DNA of 64,000 bases from Takakia lepidozioides (lineage: Eukaryota; Plantae; Bryophyta): assembly GCA_030704615.1 (NCBI GenBank), contig CM060734.1, positions 52,576,001-52,640,000 on the forward strand. Reading direction: 5' to 3'. Of this stretch, positions 36,371 to 50,300 are shown in pieces; the stretch's first letter is position 1; each line of letters starts with the position of its first letter. The notes under the pieces were generated by a model that saw nothing but the letters and a program-made list of their open reading frames with translations, was not told the origin of the DNA and did not search any database. The translations under genes and the position numbers were made by a program.

Positions 36371-37229
36371 AAGGATGTGTTCCTAGAAAGGTGCGAGTGT
36401 CTTGCTTCATTCATTGATCTATGTAGCTACTTGGTTGATCTACCATCCTGAGATATATGGCTATGATGTAGGACATTTCATCTGGCATATCAACCTTCTG
36501 ATAGCCCGTAGTGGGAAATCAGAGTGCTGTCCTAATTCTGGTGTGGATGGTGGAGCTTCCTCAAAGCTTGTAAATGAAAGTGAATATGATCTGTAATGAG
36601 CTTGATTAGAGGGACAGCCTTGAGTAGCCATTTGAGTAGCCAGTCTGAACCGGGGAAGCCCTTTAGGAAATTAGACAATCCCTCCACACCGCTTTTGCTT
36701 TTAAAACCTTAGATTTAGTCTGGGAGCCTGAGTGAAAATAAGAGAAAAGGAGAAAGGAGTGAATTAGTTGTGAAGCTTCAACTGCACTGCTCCCTCCAAT
36801 CCACGTACACTCTTCTCCTTGTGACAGTTTGTGGGAGAGATGAAGGGCTTCTTAACGGCCCTTTTCCCCCCAAAGGATGACAAAGGCTTGAAAGTGAAGG
36901 AGTGACAGATCGATACATCTTAACAGCTTCTTCGTGCCACATCACGCCCAAGAGGTCTGCGCTGTTCATACTAAGCAGGCTTTGCCAAGGCTAAGTACAA
37001 GTAGAGGCCCTAAGAGGTCACGCAGACGCATTTCAGTCTGTAAAAGACCAACCCCAAAATTTTAACTTTTTCAGCATTGCTGTACAAGTATCACCAATTG
37101 AAAGTGTTCGAATATTGCATACACTCATTTCTATAAGAGGCAACTAGAGGAGTAATTATATTGTTACAAAATATACATGTAGAGCCTTGACTGGAAGCTA
37201 TCCACTATTTGAAAGGTGAGGTTGCAAAA

Positions 37230-40200
37230 TCAGAGAATGGTACATCGTTTGTCCCCGGAAATATTTACATGGGACTTCCGATTTTTTCTCCTGAGATTTG
37301 ATAGAATGTCCTCCAAGCGCACAATGATGCTTGCAAAGGTTGGGCGCTTATTGGGATCCTTGTCCCAGCATTGCCGCAGCAAACTGCCATAGCCACTCCT
37401 AATCTGTTAATGAACTCTTCTCTCACACACTCTCTTTGGCAGGAACTCAGAGGTCCATCACAGCTTTTCAGTCTTGTTTTATGTCAACAAAGTTTTCATT
37501 TCCCGGGTGATACCTTTAAAGTTCTTCTGGACGTTATGAAATAGTTTCTCCTTCGCTTTCACTTACCAGGCACCCACAACCATGTGTACATCTGCTCAAG
37601 TTAGATGGTTAGTGAACATTGGTAGAAGCGACATGATCAATCACTACACAATCCTTCTTAGTGGATTTTTGGCTGCGTGAGCCCAGTGGCAATCTGAGCT
37701 GAGTTTAATGACACGGTGGGTCCTAAGCTTACAACTGCACAGCCCACAGAACCATAACCACAATGTGGTGTCTAACACAATCACATGGAACAGTCAGTGA
37801 GTACATTCTTTTTTTAGAATTGGGTTCTGTAAGAGACCGTCTTTCAATGGCGAAGGTTATTTCCACAGGGTGAAATATAATGGCATCCGTGTGATACCAA
37901 GACAATTGCACCCCAGAGTTCCTGTTTCTCTGATATCCATGGCTATGAAAAACTTTACACCTGAAGATCCTATAATTGTTATTGAGACAAAAGGAGGAGC
38001 AGAAGTACTCACTCTTTCATGTCGGAGGGGTATGAACTTGCAGTGAAGGCTGGCCGCTTCCCATCACGAGCCCGCTCTAGGGCTACATCCTTTGATAGCT
38101 GGAATTTTGATTGAGGCCCACCCTCAAACATCTACACAGCAACTTACCCAACAATTCAGTAGTAAGTTTGAGTAGTAAGTTTTAGTGTTGAAATCCATTA
38201 TTCATGAGTTCATGTAGAGGTGTCCATGATCCATGAATCTTGCTGCCGGAATTCTTTCTTTCTATTAATGGCCTTTCCTACATACCAACATTATTCAGTC
38301 TTCTTGATTCTTGATTCTGGGTGGGAAAAGAATTTGGAGCCATTACAGTCATCTTTTCTCCAAGCAATGCTTGGCGCCAAGAGCACAACTCCATCTCAGA
38401 TCCTAGGGGCAGAGTTCGCATGTGTACCATTGCAATCCGAGGCCCTCTTCCGGCTTACAATCTTTCTCCATACCCAAGGGGCTCGTGGCTAGGGCCCTCA
38501 CAACATCTATGAGGCTCAAAGCTGCAGGTTTCAGGAACTCCTGGTATGCTCGAGTGGACAGTTTATTTCAACGTAACGGACTTTCTTCCGCTTTCCTATT
38601 ACCGATGAATCCAGATGAGGTGGACATCACGTCCAGACATGACCGCAACAGACTCATTAGGAGAGAGCTTATGGAATTACATGTCCAGAGAACTTGGAAG
38701 CTACCCAATCTCACAACAAAGCTCCACTTCTATCGAGAGACATTCTTGGTGCTCCGCGACAATAGAATCTTGAGACCAAATTACCTTTCAGCATCCTTAT
38801 CTCCTTCCCTACTGAGGGCATTGGGGCGGTTCAGGGTGGGTTCCCACAACCTACGGATAGAGACTGGCAGATGGGAAAACCTGCAACGGGAGGACCGCCT
38901 ATGTCCAGCTTGCATAGGGCGCAGCCAGGAAATCGAAACTGAAGAACACTTCTTCTTCTACTGCCCTCTATACTACGAGATCCGTGGGAGATTCCACTGT
39001 TTATTCAGTGAAACCCAAACTCTGACTGATGTCTTCCACTATGAGGATAAAAAATGCTTGGCAGCCTACCTGCACGAGGCCTTCACCCTCGACATTCGCT
39101 AGAACATTAATTGTGGTTTCTGGACTTGTTCCTCTCTCATGTTTCCATTTTGTCCCATAAGCTCTATGAGCTTTCCGCGGACGTTATAAAGTACCATTTC
39201 ATTTCATTTCATTTCTAGAGGCATATATATAGCAGGGGAAGCACAATGATAGATTCTCAAGAAGTCACAGTGAAATCGGAGGTGGAACAATAATGGAAGA
39301 GACCATACCTCTTGAACAATGATACCAAAGGAGAAGACATCAACACTCCTGTCATAGATCTCATGCAAAAACACTTCCGGAGCCATGTACCTATCTGCTC
39401 CTTCAAGAGTCCCATCCACATGCTTTAGTAATAGCCAGAAATTCCACACTCCGTGACCCACATCTATGCCATAGAAGCTGACAGTGGGTCCAAACTCAAG
39501 TAGAGGAAATGAAATGAAATGAAATGGTGCTTTATAACGTCCGCGGAAAGCTCATAGAGCTTATGGGACAAAATGGAAAGAAAAACATGAGAGAAAACAG
39601 GAAACCAGAGTCAAAGATAAGAACTATTGTTCGAGTGATTGTCTAAGGGCGAATGCCTCGTGCAGGTAGGCTGCCAAGCATTTCTAAACCTCATAGTGAA
39701 AGACCTCAGTGAGAGATTGGGTTCCACTGAATAGACAATGGAATCTCCCACGGATCTCATAGTATAGAGGGCAATAGAAGAAGTGTTCTTCAGTTTCAAT
39801 TTCCTGGTTGCGCCCCTGTGCAAGCTGGACAGAGGCGGTTCTCCCGCTGCAGGTTTTTCTGGTTGCCATAAACATCACAGAGAGAGAGACAAAACGAGAG
39901 AGAAAGAGAGAGAGGGGCTCACATGACCCTGTCTCGCCTGTCATTGCATAAAAACCAACCCCAACACCTTTCTTTGTTGATGATGCATCCAGAAGCTTAC
40001 CGAGTCCAAAATCAGCCACCTTCAAATGGCCCGCATCATGTTGCAGTAGATTTCTGGCTCCCACAATGACAATAAAACCCAAGATCTTGTAAAGCTTACA
40101 GTTTGAATAAATTGAGATACCAAACCCTATTTAGCGTCAGGTGTGGAGTCAAGACATAGATCTCAAAGATGATCTAGGAAAAGAGAGTGCAGAGGTGGGT

Positions 40201-43200
40201 AAAAGCGACTTGGAAGAAGAAAGCTCTAGATTAAATATGCTCAGATGAACTATGCATATATGTCCTTTTAAACTTTTTCTCTCAACCAGAAATGGCCACG
40301 GGATGAGTGTGAGATGCTACACCTCGGTTTGAGATCACGATGTACAATGGGATCCGGCTTATGCTCGTGTAGATAGTTCATGCCTCTGCAGACACTAATA
40401 CTTTATGATTACTTCACTGCCATATAGCTAGACATGTGACAGCAACAATCACATCCACTCCTTCCACTAAGGTGATATAGAAACAAACTACAAATTTGGA
40501 AATGCACCTACAACAAGGGGTGGACTTCTAAAACCTTTCAAGAGTGAATCCCTAATCACCTATAGTACAAATGTTGGTAAAGAGTTCAATTCAAGATACT
40601 CTTGTCTTTTAAGAGGTTCGTTGACCTTGCAAAAATATTTAAGCAATTATGAGGACCCAAAGGCCTCAAGTATAAGCTTGATTTTCTGTGCACTCTATTC
40701 CAGCAATGTGGATTTTTATATGCTCTGGTTTTCTACTGTTCTGGAATTGTAAGCCTAATAAACTCCTTTTCTCATCGCAGACTGTGATCTCATCACGTAT
40801 AGGCAGAGGCAGCTTTTAGTTTCGTGTCTAGGATTCTTTGGATTTTTCTATTCTTTCTAAATTGGATGTAGGAGCCCTTGTCACAAGACTACAAGGAAAA
40901 AAGTCTAAGTAATATACATTTGTCCCTTTGTAATCAAACCTCAGGTGGAGGAATATTAGCATCCGTGTCAGGAAAAGTACCTAGCAATATCAAGAGCGAA
41001 TTTCACTGCGGTCGTAGCATCCAGTCGACCTTTCTTCTCCATAAGGTTGTGTAGATCTCCCTGAGCACACAAGCAGTTAAGAACGTTTCCTACGAGAAAA
41101 CCAAGCAACGAAGTTTCATAGAAAATGAAATGAAATGGTGCTGAGAAATGGTGAGAGAGTATCCATCGTAAAGATAAGAGAGATGGTACGTTACTTTGGG
41201 AAGATACTCAGTGACGATAACAAGGGGGCGGCTTTTGGTCACGGCACCAAGAAATTGGACTACATTGGGATGCCTGAGCCTTTGCAGCAGTGCTAGCTCA
41301 GCAATAAACTCCTTCCTGCTTGCCCGCACCATAACAGGAACCACATAGATCCAACACTCTATAACATGAGAACTTGAGGAACGAAAATCCCATCTAATGT
41401 AGAGAAAAGATTTAGCAACATATTATCAAACTTACTAGTCCTTACCATTTTCTGCTCACTACCAACTAAAAAATCTAGTTCTTGTTTCATTCCTAGCTCA
41501 CTACCCCCTCGGACCTCCTTTACTAATATGTAGAAATGGCCAGAGCGAAACATGCTGGAGACCCTTACACTATGCGCTGATCTGATGAGAGGGAGCTCAA
41601 TATTGTCTTTGCTGCGACCATTGTGCCTCGCCACTTCACTAGTCGAATTTCTCCAAATGCACCCTGCACAGTGCAAGAGCTTATTGAGCAACGAACAATG
41701 ATCTCATAAAGCCAAGACAAAAAATTGAACAGCCAAATCTCATCTCCCTAGAGCTGCCTTTTCTTCACCTGCCATTATCCCTAATTTCCCTGAACCCCTT
41801 TACCATCTCCTCTCTCATCTGTGTCTTGTGTCTTTGTCCCTTTCAATCTTACTTTGTTTAGAACTTTCTTCTCTCTCGGAGACATATTTGAACGTAATTT
41901 TTCATACTACGTACCGGTGTCCAAGTACAAACAGAATGAAGTTATCAGTAAAACTTTCATGGAAATACAAGACTACAAGGCCTCAGTCTGCCTCCTAACA
42001 TCTTTCAAATTGTAAATGGATACTTCAGCTATTGACGATCATAAATGTCTTGAGATTTGGCAACAACCTAAATGTGAATAGATTGTTAAAGCACGTACCG
42101 AGCCAACACGTATGGCTTTTTCTAATCCCAACTCACAGAGGTCTATCTCATATTCTGCTGGTGAACTCGAAGGCTGAGACACAAGAAGACAATGAGGATT
42201 CAGTTCGGCTTCTGAAACTGAAAAACAATGGCCAGGAATCTCATTGAGGAGATGGAACCTGTTTGGGGAAGCAACTAAAACCACTTAGCAAGAAAGAAAA
42301 ATTTATAGCTCTACAGGGAGAGATATTAAGTTAGAGTGTTGGTACGACACATGGGTATCTTGCCGACTATACACATGAGAATCGGGATAACTATGACCTG
42401 CAATATGAGGTCAATATTAGGAAAAACATACACATTGACTTTGGTCTGGATGGTTATGAGGTAGATATCTGCTAACAGCTCTAGCATGTTGAATTTATAT
42501 CATCCCTATGCTTCCTTGTGACAATACTTAACATGAAAAACTGCATTCTTTTGTCTTTCGCTAGATCCAATGAGAAGAGACTAAATTGAAAAGAAAAGTC
42601 ACACTTTCACATAGCCACCATGTTCTTCCAAGATCTCGCATATCTCCTCATGGCCATACATCCGTGCATTTGCCAAAGGCTGCATGCATTGACAACCTTG
42701 TCGGCCATTAGAAATATCCTAATGAAAGCTTTTCTTCTTGAGTTTTTGGAGATTGCACATGGATACGCAGTTCCTGACGTTGTATATCTATTGCAAATAA
42801 ATGGTGGGACTATGCATGAGGCCCAGATACCATGCCAAGAATCGGTCGACACACACATCCAATATATACAGACAGTCAAGGCTCATCAAACCTGGAATGA
42901 ACTGACTGGCCAATTGTGAACTGTTGACTTTTTCCAGTGGCCTCACACTGACCAGTACTTTGCATTTAAGGTTGAAGAAAACACCCTAACTACGCAAGCA
43001 CATTTTCTCACAAACTGGTCTTTGGGGCTGGTAGCTTAACACCTGTCCGTAAAATAAGCAACAAATAATACATTGAACATCATGTCAGCAGGTGGCCTGA
43101 ACTGTTCTGGAGAGACTTCACCGTATCATGCCAGCGATCATATGGGTTCACATCGGGACTGTACATCAGCAGGAGCTGAACAGCATCAACTTTGCCTTCA

Positions 43201-43370
43201 CTTGCTGCAAGATGCAGTGCAGTTCGACCATCGTAATCTGCGGTATCCACTGATGTGCCATGGTCAAGCATATGCTTGATTGCTGCCAAGTTTCCTTTGC
43301 TGGAATAATATAGCAGTTTTCCAGTCTCTTCTTCCTTTCTCAGCGCTTGCATTTTGGCTGTGGAAGCCAT
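37230..43370 (-). CDS. Ankyrin-repeat protein kinase (integrin-linked kinase / Raf-like C1 type), 11 exons, ~415 aa
   Basis: Hand-built GT-AG exons: 43370-43122, 42679-42605, 42173-42099, 41663-41569, 41315-41195, 41060-40981, 40385-40323, 40053-39923, 39394-39309, 38131-38013, 37383-37230 (1248 nt, in frame). Ankyrin DYDGRTALHLAASEG. Kinase motifs GSGAFG, VAAK, HRDLKPRN, DFG, YMAPE. The exon 3 acceptor is least certain. Confidence 0.9.
38310..39215 (+). mobile_element. 5'-truncated LINE copy (same family as 12050-15689) in kinase intron 9
   Basis: ORF 38422-39102 is near-identical to 14954-15580. Same 3' UTR and (CATTT)n tail. Confidence 0.92.
39506..39860 (-). mobile_element. 5'-truncated LINE copy in kinase intron 8, opposite orientation
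   Basis: (GAAAT)n followed by ggtgctttataacgtccgcggaaagctcatagagctt. Encodes EIETEEHFFYCPLYYEIRGRFHCLFSG. Confidence 0.9.
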
Positions 43371-43476
43371 CTTTTCCAGTTAGTAGATCCAGTTAATACT
43401 TACTCTTGGCAACTAGAACAAAACATCTCATCAGAGCTTTACAGCATCACTAGAAGAGCCAACTTATCGTGCACAG

Positions 43477-43611
43477 AAATGAAATGAAATGGTGCTTTAT
43501 AACGTCCACGGAAAGCTCATAGAGCTTATGGGACAAAATGGAAGAAAACATGAGAGAGGAACAAATCCAGAAACCAAGAATTCATAACAATTAATGTTCT
43601 AGCGATGAGAA
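43477..43611 (-). mobile_element. Very short LINE 3' end upstream of the kinase ATG
   Basis: Family 3' UTR plus (GAAAT)n tail, flanked by TSD TGCACAGA (43470-43477, 43612-43619). Confidence 0.85.
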
Positions 43612-46588
43612 TGCACAGAGAAAAGCCTATTCAGAACTTGAGTGGGATAGAATGATAAGCCTAGATATTGTTGTCAGTGGAATTGAAAGTCTAGATGAAC
43701 GGAGAGATAGTCATCTTGAGTACAATATGAGTTGCTGGAAGCATAGGAAAGTATCAAAATTTTCAAATTCCCCGCTAAGATTGTTACAGAACAACTCATC
43801 CAAGCTTCAGTTCTGCTTCAGTTCTCAAAACAATCTTGTCATAGTCCCACAACTTAGAATCTAAACAGAGATCTCCAGACCCCTGCCGTAGCTGGTCTAT
43901 GCTTAGAAACATATATATTTAGTACGTAGGTTGATTATTCTTCAGTTTGCGTTTGTTGGTAATAATAGCTATGAAAGGATCTTATGGCTGTAAGGTCAAC
44001 ATTTTTAAAACAAGAGGTGATCAATGGGCTTGCCGAGTTGAGATTGTTAAGGAGAGAGTGAATACTGCGTGTATGTATACCACCTCGAATACCTACGTAA
44101 CAATTGACAGGGTCCTACTTTCCACCGACGAACGAGGAGAATTGATGGGGGCATACTTTTCTCATTTGGACTATATCGCTTGTGTGGGGTAGCTGTCCTG
44201 GCAGAATGTAAATTCCATAAAATGGATGGTAGGTTTATAATTTGTATCAAAGGGGGTTGGGCGGATAGGGGAAGTCCTGTTACTAAGATGATAACTTCTC
44301 ACTACTTGTCCAAAGATAAAGAGACGAAAAAATGAAGAGATAATATGATAACCTGGACGGGGGAGATGCAGGCCGACGCCAGTGTAATCCGATGATATTC
44401 AGGAGACAGTCTTCTTGCTGGTGAAACAATACCACAATGTGAGAAAATTGGAATGAAACATTGCGGAAAAGATAAGGGTCTGAACTGCACATATTGAGAA
44501 GAATATGCGGCTTCCTAATTACACAAGGATAAAGCACCAAGTGGACAAAACCAAGTTCAAAGCCATAAAGAGATATAGTCGCATCTACCAACTACGAGAC
44601 TCATAATCCAGCATTACTCAGCATTCCTTTATACTAGAGTATGCATAACGTCAACGGGACGCCCTGTGGGACTATGTGAGATCAGAGACCAACACACGGG
44701 GAAGCACAAAGATGATGTGTGCGTGTTGGCATATTTCTCGCCTTTAGCAGATTGATCACGATTATGCAACCATTTAGCAGCAGATCCACACACATATGTA
44801 TAACGAAACAAGAAAACTTACTCTTCCCCCAATTCAGGGCTCCGCATCTTGGCAAGCTGCATCCGGCGCAATATTTTGCAACCAGGCTCTCTCAGAGCAT
44901 CTTTGTTGATGCAAGGCACCTTCCCACAACAGCTCTCTGGAGTGCACAACATTCGTTATTTCCGTGCCACCATATCCAATCTTTTCCAAACCTACGCTCA
45001 AGAAGCAGCTGTAGAAGTCCCTCTTACCGACCAGCTCAACTTAGACTTGAGACTGCAGAGCGCCACCATTACACACTTGGAGAAACTAACTACTGCAATT
45101 GCGACACAGAGTGATTAGGGCTCGGTGGCAAACTCCAGCTACGAGTGTCTGGAATATTTTTCTTGTCTGTATTCACTAGGGAACATCGCCAAACTTTATA
45201 ATAATGTAGCCAGAGCTGTAAGTTCGTTGGTATTCAAGGGCAAGCACCATGGAGGAAGGTGGGCACGCACCTCTCTCTGGAGACGAGAAGAAAGGAGGAA
45301 GGAGATGAGAAAGCGGGGTGGGGCATGGCTGCATTGCCGGCTCCGTCAGCGGGCATAGACTGTGGAGTGTGAGCTGTGTGAGCTTGTCGTTCTCGCCCAC
45401 CGTCGTGTCGGATCCCCTACGCTCTGCTCTCTCATATTCTACACTTGGCCCCTTGTCACTGTTTTGCATCAACAGTATACAACATATAACTTTTTTTTTC
45501 CCCCCCTAATAATCCCAAATAAAGCTTCTCCAGGGTAAGTTCTAAGTTCCGTCCCTGTTTATCGGAAAAAAGGAAAAGAAACAGAAAAAATAATATATAT
45601 ATATATATATATAATAACTAACCGTAAAAGAAGGCTGAATTTTAGAACATAAGAATTATAAATATCACAGTTGACCCTTAAGACCCGACCGTCCATTGAG
45701 CAAATTTCCTCCCCAAAAGTAACTTCTGGCCAGTTCAGTTAACTGAGGCTACACACCTGGCCCAGTGTTAAAAATCGCCAGATTTTGACCTGGAAAATGG
45801 GTCAGCTACTTGTAGAAAGGAATTAGAGGGGGTAAATCCAAAAATTTCGCCAAAAAGCACCAATACTTGAAAACTAATTTTGCAGACGTGGACCGCTTAA
45901 AACTGGCCACCTGGAATATAGCCACTTTTCTAGCCCTGCCGCGGTGTTCTTCTGGCCACAAGGCCCGGCAGTGGACCTGTGGCTGGCCCGCTACCGATTT
46001 TGGGAATTTAATGAAGAAAAATTAAACACTGACACCTGCATTGTTACATCAATATATATATATATATATATTGGCTCACACCGTGTTCACACCTTTCTAC
46101 AAGTAGCTCCCTTCCAGTGTTGGACCAGTATATAGAGGCGGGTATCAACTAGGGTAAGGGTAATGGTATGAAGGATCATATAACCAGGTGGGTAGGGTAC
46201 ATGGACTTCTAAAACCTTGGCGCAAACCAAACCAATCTGGTCTTCTTCCTCACGCTACCACTCCAATACCATGCCCAGGCTGCTATGACTTTTTTTTATA
46301 CCATACCAATCAGATTTTCACTTTGATACCATACCATATACCATACCATGCTGTCAAATTTACACGTCATTTGGTACCAGTACCATACTGGCTTGAGTAA
46401 TTCAACTTTATCCCAATATCTTTCAATGGTATAAAAAAACCATGATACGAGTCCAACACTGGTTTTGACAAACAAACCTATCAATGTTAGGTCACTTCGT
46501 ACGAGATTTTGCACCAATAACACAATGCATTAGATTGCCAATGCATTATTGTCCCCAAAAACAATGTGTCTCTAATAATATATATGTG

Positions 46589-47313
46589 GATGCGTTGCCG
46601 AGCGTAAGTTATCGTTAGTTATCATATTACTGGGAGTTTATCAAATTACTGAGAGTAACTTGAGAAACTGCTCACGAAACTTATGGTGTCACTTAACCAA
46701 GAAGGGCTACCTGCCTCCCTCCTGGTAGGAAGGTGGACACCTTTGTGTCTCTATAAATCGTCTACCCGTCAAACTATGTCTTCCAATTAATTTGGGGGTT
46801 TGGGAAGGTTGAAAATCCTGACACACGGTGGGAACAACCAATCGCATGGGATCAGCCAATCATGTGGGATTGCGGGAGGCTTGGAGAAGAAAGAAGTGGC
46901 TTGATAGGACATAGACACTTGTAATCTTACGTGGTTGGAGTGGCTAATAAGTAGGACTGTATGCAAACCATTTTTTTTATCACGCCATGAGGTGGTGCGC
47001 CCGGTGCAAGATAGTTGCATATATCAGCGAGGACTCGCAAGAGGCGGTGGGCCCAACATAATCTCTAGAAGAGACGGTGGGGCCACCGTCAGAAGTGGGG
47101 GTGGGAGGCCAGAGAGGCGAGATACAATATATTCAGTGCACCGATCAAAGCGACGAGGTATCCCTAAACCGAGCGACTGGGTAACGACTAGATAGCGGCC
47201 CCTGAGCTGATCATGGTCTCAAGAGTCGTACACAAGCAGCTCATGTAAAACTCGAGTCCATGAAAGTGTTGGCTAGAGACAAAGCCATTGCAAATAGAGT
47301 TGTATTTTTTTAA
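46589..47313. repeat. ~725-bp direct repeat, copy 1 (left flank of copia D)
   Basis: Aligns along its length with 52745-53473. Confidence 0.9.
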
Positions 47314-50300
47314 ATGCCATAGCCAAAAGAAGACCAAATACACTATGATCAAAGAGTGTTTATTTCAGATAGTGTACACATATGCTATACAGCTTCCAAA
47401 GTAGATATAGCAGAAAACAATCGGCAAGAAAGAGTACACCAGAAAAGAACAACGCGGGTAAGTAACCTGGAGGTCCATAGGCGGGAAACTGAAAAGAAAA
47501 CCTACGTGGCATCTGTATGTCCACAAGTAATGTATCTACGTGGCATTAACATGGCCCGTGTTAACATTGAATCTACTACCACAATGTACTAACAACACTC
47601 CCACTCATTGTGGCAGTCACTCCACTCAATGTACTGACAACACTCCCACTCATTCTGGCAGTCACTCCATTCAGTAAAGTCCCACTATATCTCCATTGGT
47701 GTCAAAATATTCCGCAAAAACCTCCTAGCTTAATACCACAAACAAGTAATTGATGCCTGCTTTAGTACAACACATCTCCTGCTGAGCTTTTGGCCTCCTC
47801 TGCATCATGGAACTTCTGCAGAATCGTCAGACCTCAGACCACAAAAATAACCTTGATGAGTCAATGGTAACATATAGTTTTCATACTCCCACTCATTGAT
47901 CATCCAATCATGCCCATCATGTTCCGAAAACGCTGAAACTTTTCTGGAGTCAAGGCCTTAGTCAAAATATCTGTTGTCTGGTCATTGGTGCCAATGTAGC
48001 GCATATGAATCAGCTTCCGCTCCTGGTAATTCCGAATAATATGATATTGAATATCAATGTGCTTCGTCCGTCTATGAAATTCTGGATTGAACACTAGCCT
48101 GGTAGCGCTTTGATTGTCTCCAAATATATCTGTAGGTCCGGGTTGAAAAAAACTCAAATCTTCAAGCAATCGACGAAGCCATACTACCTCAGTGCTGGTC
48201 AACGATGCTGCAACATATTCCGCTTCAGTTGTTGACCTAGCAACACATTGTTGCTTTCTGCTGATCCAAGTGACAGGTCCACCATTGAGCATAATTAAAC
48301 ATCCACTTCGAGATTGTCTATCGTCATGATCCCCTGCATGATCAGCATTAGCAAAAGCTTGCAAAACATGTGGCTTGTCATGAGCCACATAGCACAATCT
48401 GTAGTGAAAAGTTCCCTTCAGATACTTAAGAATTCGACGAACTGCATTGCAGTGAGCGGTCTTTGGTGTATTTGCAAATTTTGCCACTGTACACACTGCA
48501 TATGCTAGATCTGGTCTAGATCCCAGCATAGCAAACATTAAGCTCCCCACGATCTCAAGATAGGGAAAATCCTTTTCAGTCTTGTCATCAGATGTCCCCA
48601 TCTGCAAATGCACATTTGCGTCCATTGGCGTACACACAAGATTGGCGTTCTGAAATCCAAACTTAGCCAGAACTCGCAAAATATACTGAACTTGGTTGAT
48701 GTAGATTACTCCCCGAGACCGATCCTTGGTGATGTGCAAACCAATATACACATCAGGTAGTCCACTCGTTGCCCCAAACAATTTATCCAACTCACTGATG
48801 ACATGATCCAGTTTGGTTTTGGTCTTGCAGCACCAAGACCATCATCCACGTAAATCGATATGATCAGAACTGGCTCTTTGTGACTCACGTATACACAGGG
48901 GTCTGCTGTCGTGGATACAAGCTCATGAGTAGTGAGAAATTTGTTAAACTCGGCATTCCAAGCCCTAGATGTCTGCTTAAGGCTGTAGATGATTTTTTGC
49001 AGTTTACAAACCAATTTCGACTCCTCTTCTTTTATGAAACCCAAGGGCTGCTCCATGTATATCTCTTCCTCAAGATTTCCATGCAGGAATGCACTTTTGA
49101 CATCAAATTGAACAAGCTTCATATCTTCCACTGCATCAATGGATAGAATTGAACGAATTGAGTCAAATTTTGCTACTGGAGCAAACGTTTGATCGTAATC
49201 AACTCCACGAGTTTGCGAATAGCCTTTAGCTACAACTCTGGCCTTATAACAATCAATGGTCCCATCTGCTTTGAGTTAGTTCTATAAACCCATTTACTTT
49301 TGACTGCTTGTCTGCCAGCAGGTAGTTTACAAAGCTTCCAGGTCTCATTTGCCAAGAGCGATTTGTATTCTTCTAGCATTGCCTGCTGCCACTGCTCTCG
49401 GTGATCAGAAGAAATTTCTTCTTCATATGTTTTAGGCTCTTCAAGAATAACTCCACTGCTCCAGCAAAAGAAGTAAAAGTTCCTGGCAGAGAAATCCAAT
49501 TCTCATACCTCTTCGGAGGATTCCGTGAACGTTTTTCTCTTGAGAACATTTCTGGCTCTACAATCGTACTCCCACTGTTTGACTGCATCAAGGAAGCATT
49601 GTTTTTTGTGCTAGAGCTAGTCTCAAAATTACTGCTTTCACCTAGTGAACCAGCAGCTTTAAGTGACAACTCCACCACCAAGTCATTCGCTGGAATAGTG
49701 TTGACAGTGACGCTTTCAGAACCAGCAGCTTCAAGTGGCATCTCCACCACCAAGTCATTCACTAGAATGGTGTTGACAGGGACTCTTTCAGCTTCATTGT
49801 AAACTCCTTCAACTAAATGTTGTGATCTCTCCATAGCTTTGTCATAATTATGCCAGAATGTCACTGTTTCCGATGCATTGGGCAATACATAGGAGCTGCT
49901 TCAAATTCAGAGCCCGTCAAACCTTCGTTGAATAGTACATCTCTGCTAATTGGATCCCACAGTCTATAACCCTTGCTTTCAGTGCGATATCCAAGAAAAA
50001 TGCACTTGGTGCTCTTTGGATCAAGCTTCTCTCTAAGCTGTATAGGCACGTGCATAAATGCATCGCAGCCAAACACTTTGAGATGTGTAACATCAGGCTT
50101 CTTGCTACACCATGCCTGTAGTGGTGTCATCCCATTCAGTGTTCTAGTTCCAACACGATTCATTAGGTATGCCGCTATCTGTACACCTTCCCCCCAAAAA
50201 CAAAGAGGAATATCTTTCTCCAGAAGCATGCAACGCACACTTTCCATAAGGGTACGTTTGTCCCTTTCTGCCACCCTTTTCTGCTCTGGAAAATAGGGTG

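Noticed and set aside
43900-45500. Short ORFs upstream of the kinase
   Set aside because: No domain motifs. Probably 5' UTR, intron or promoter sequence, or old TE debris.
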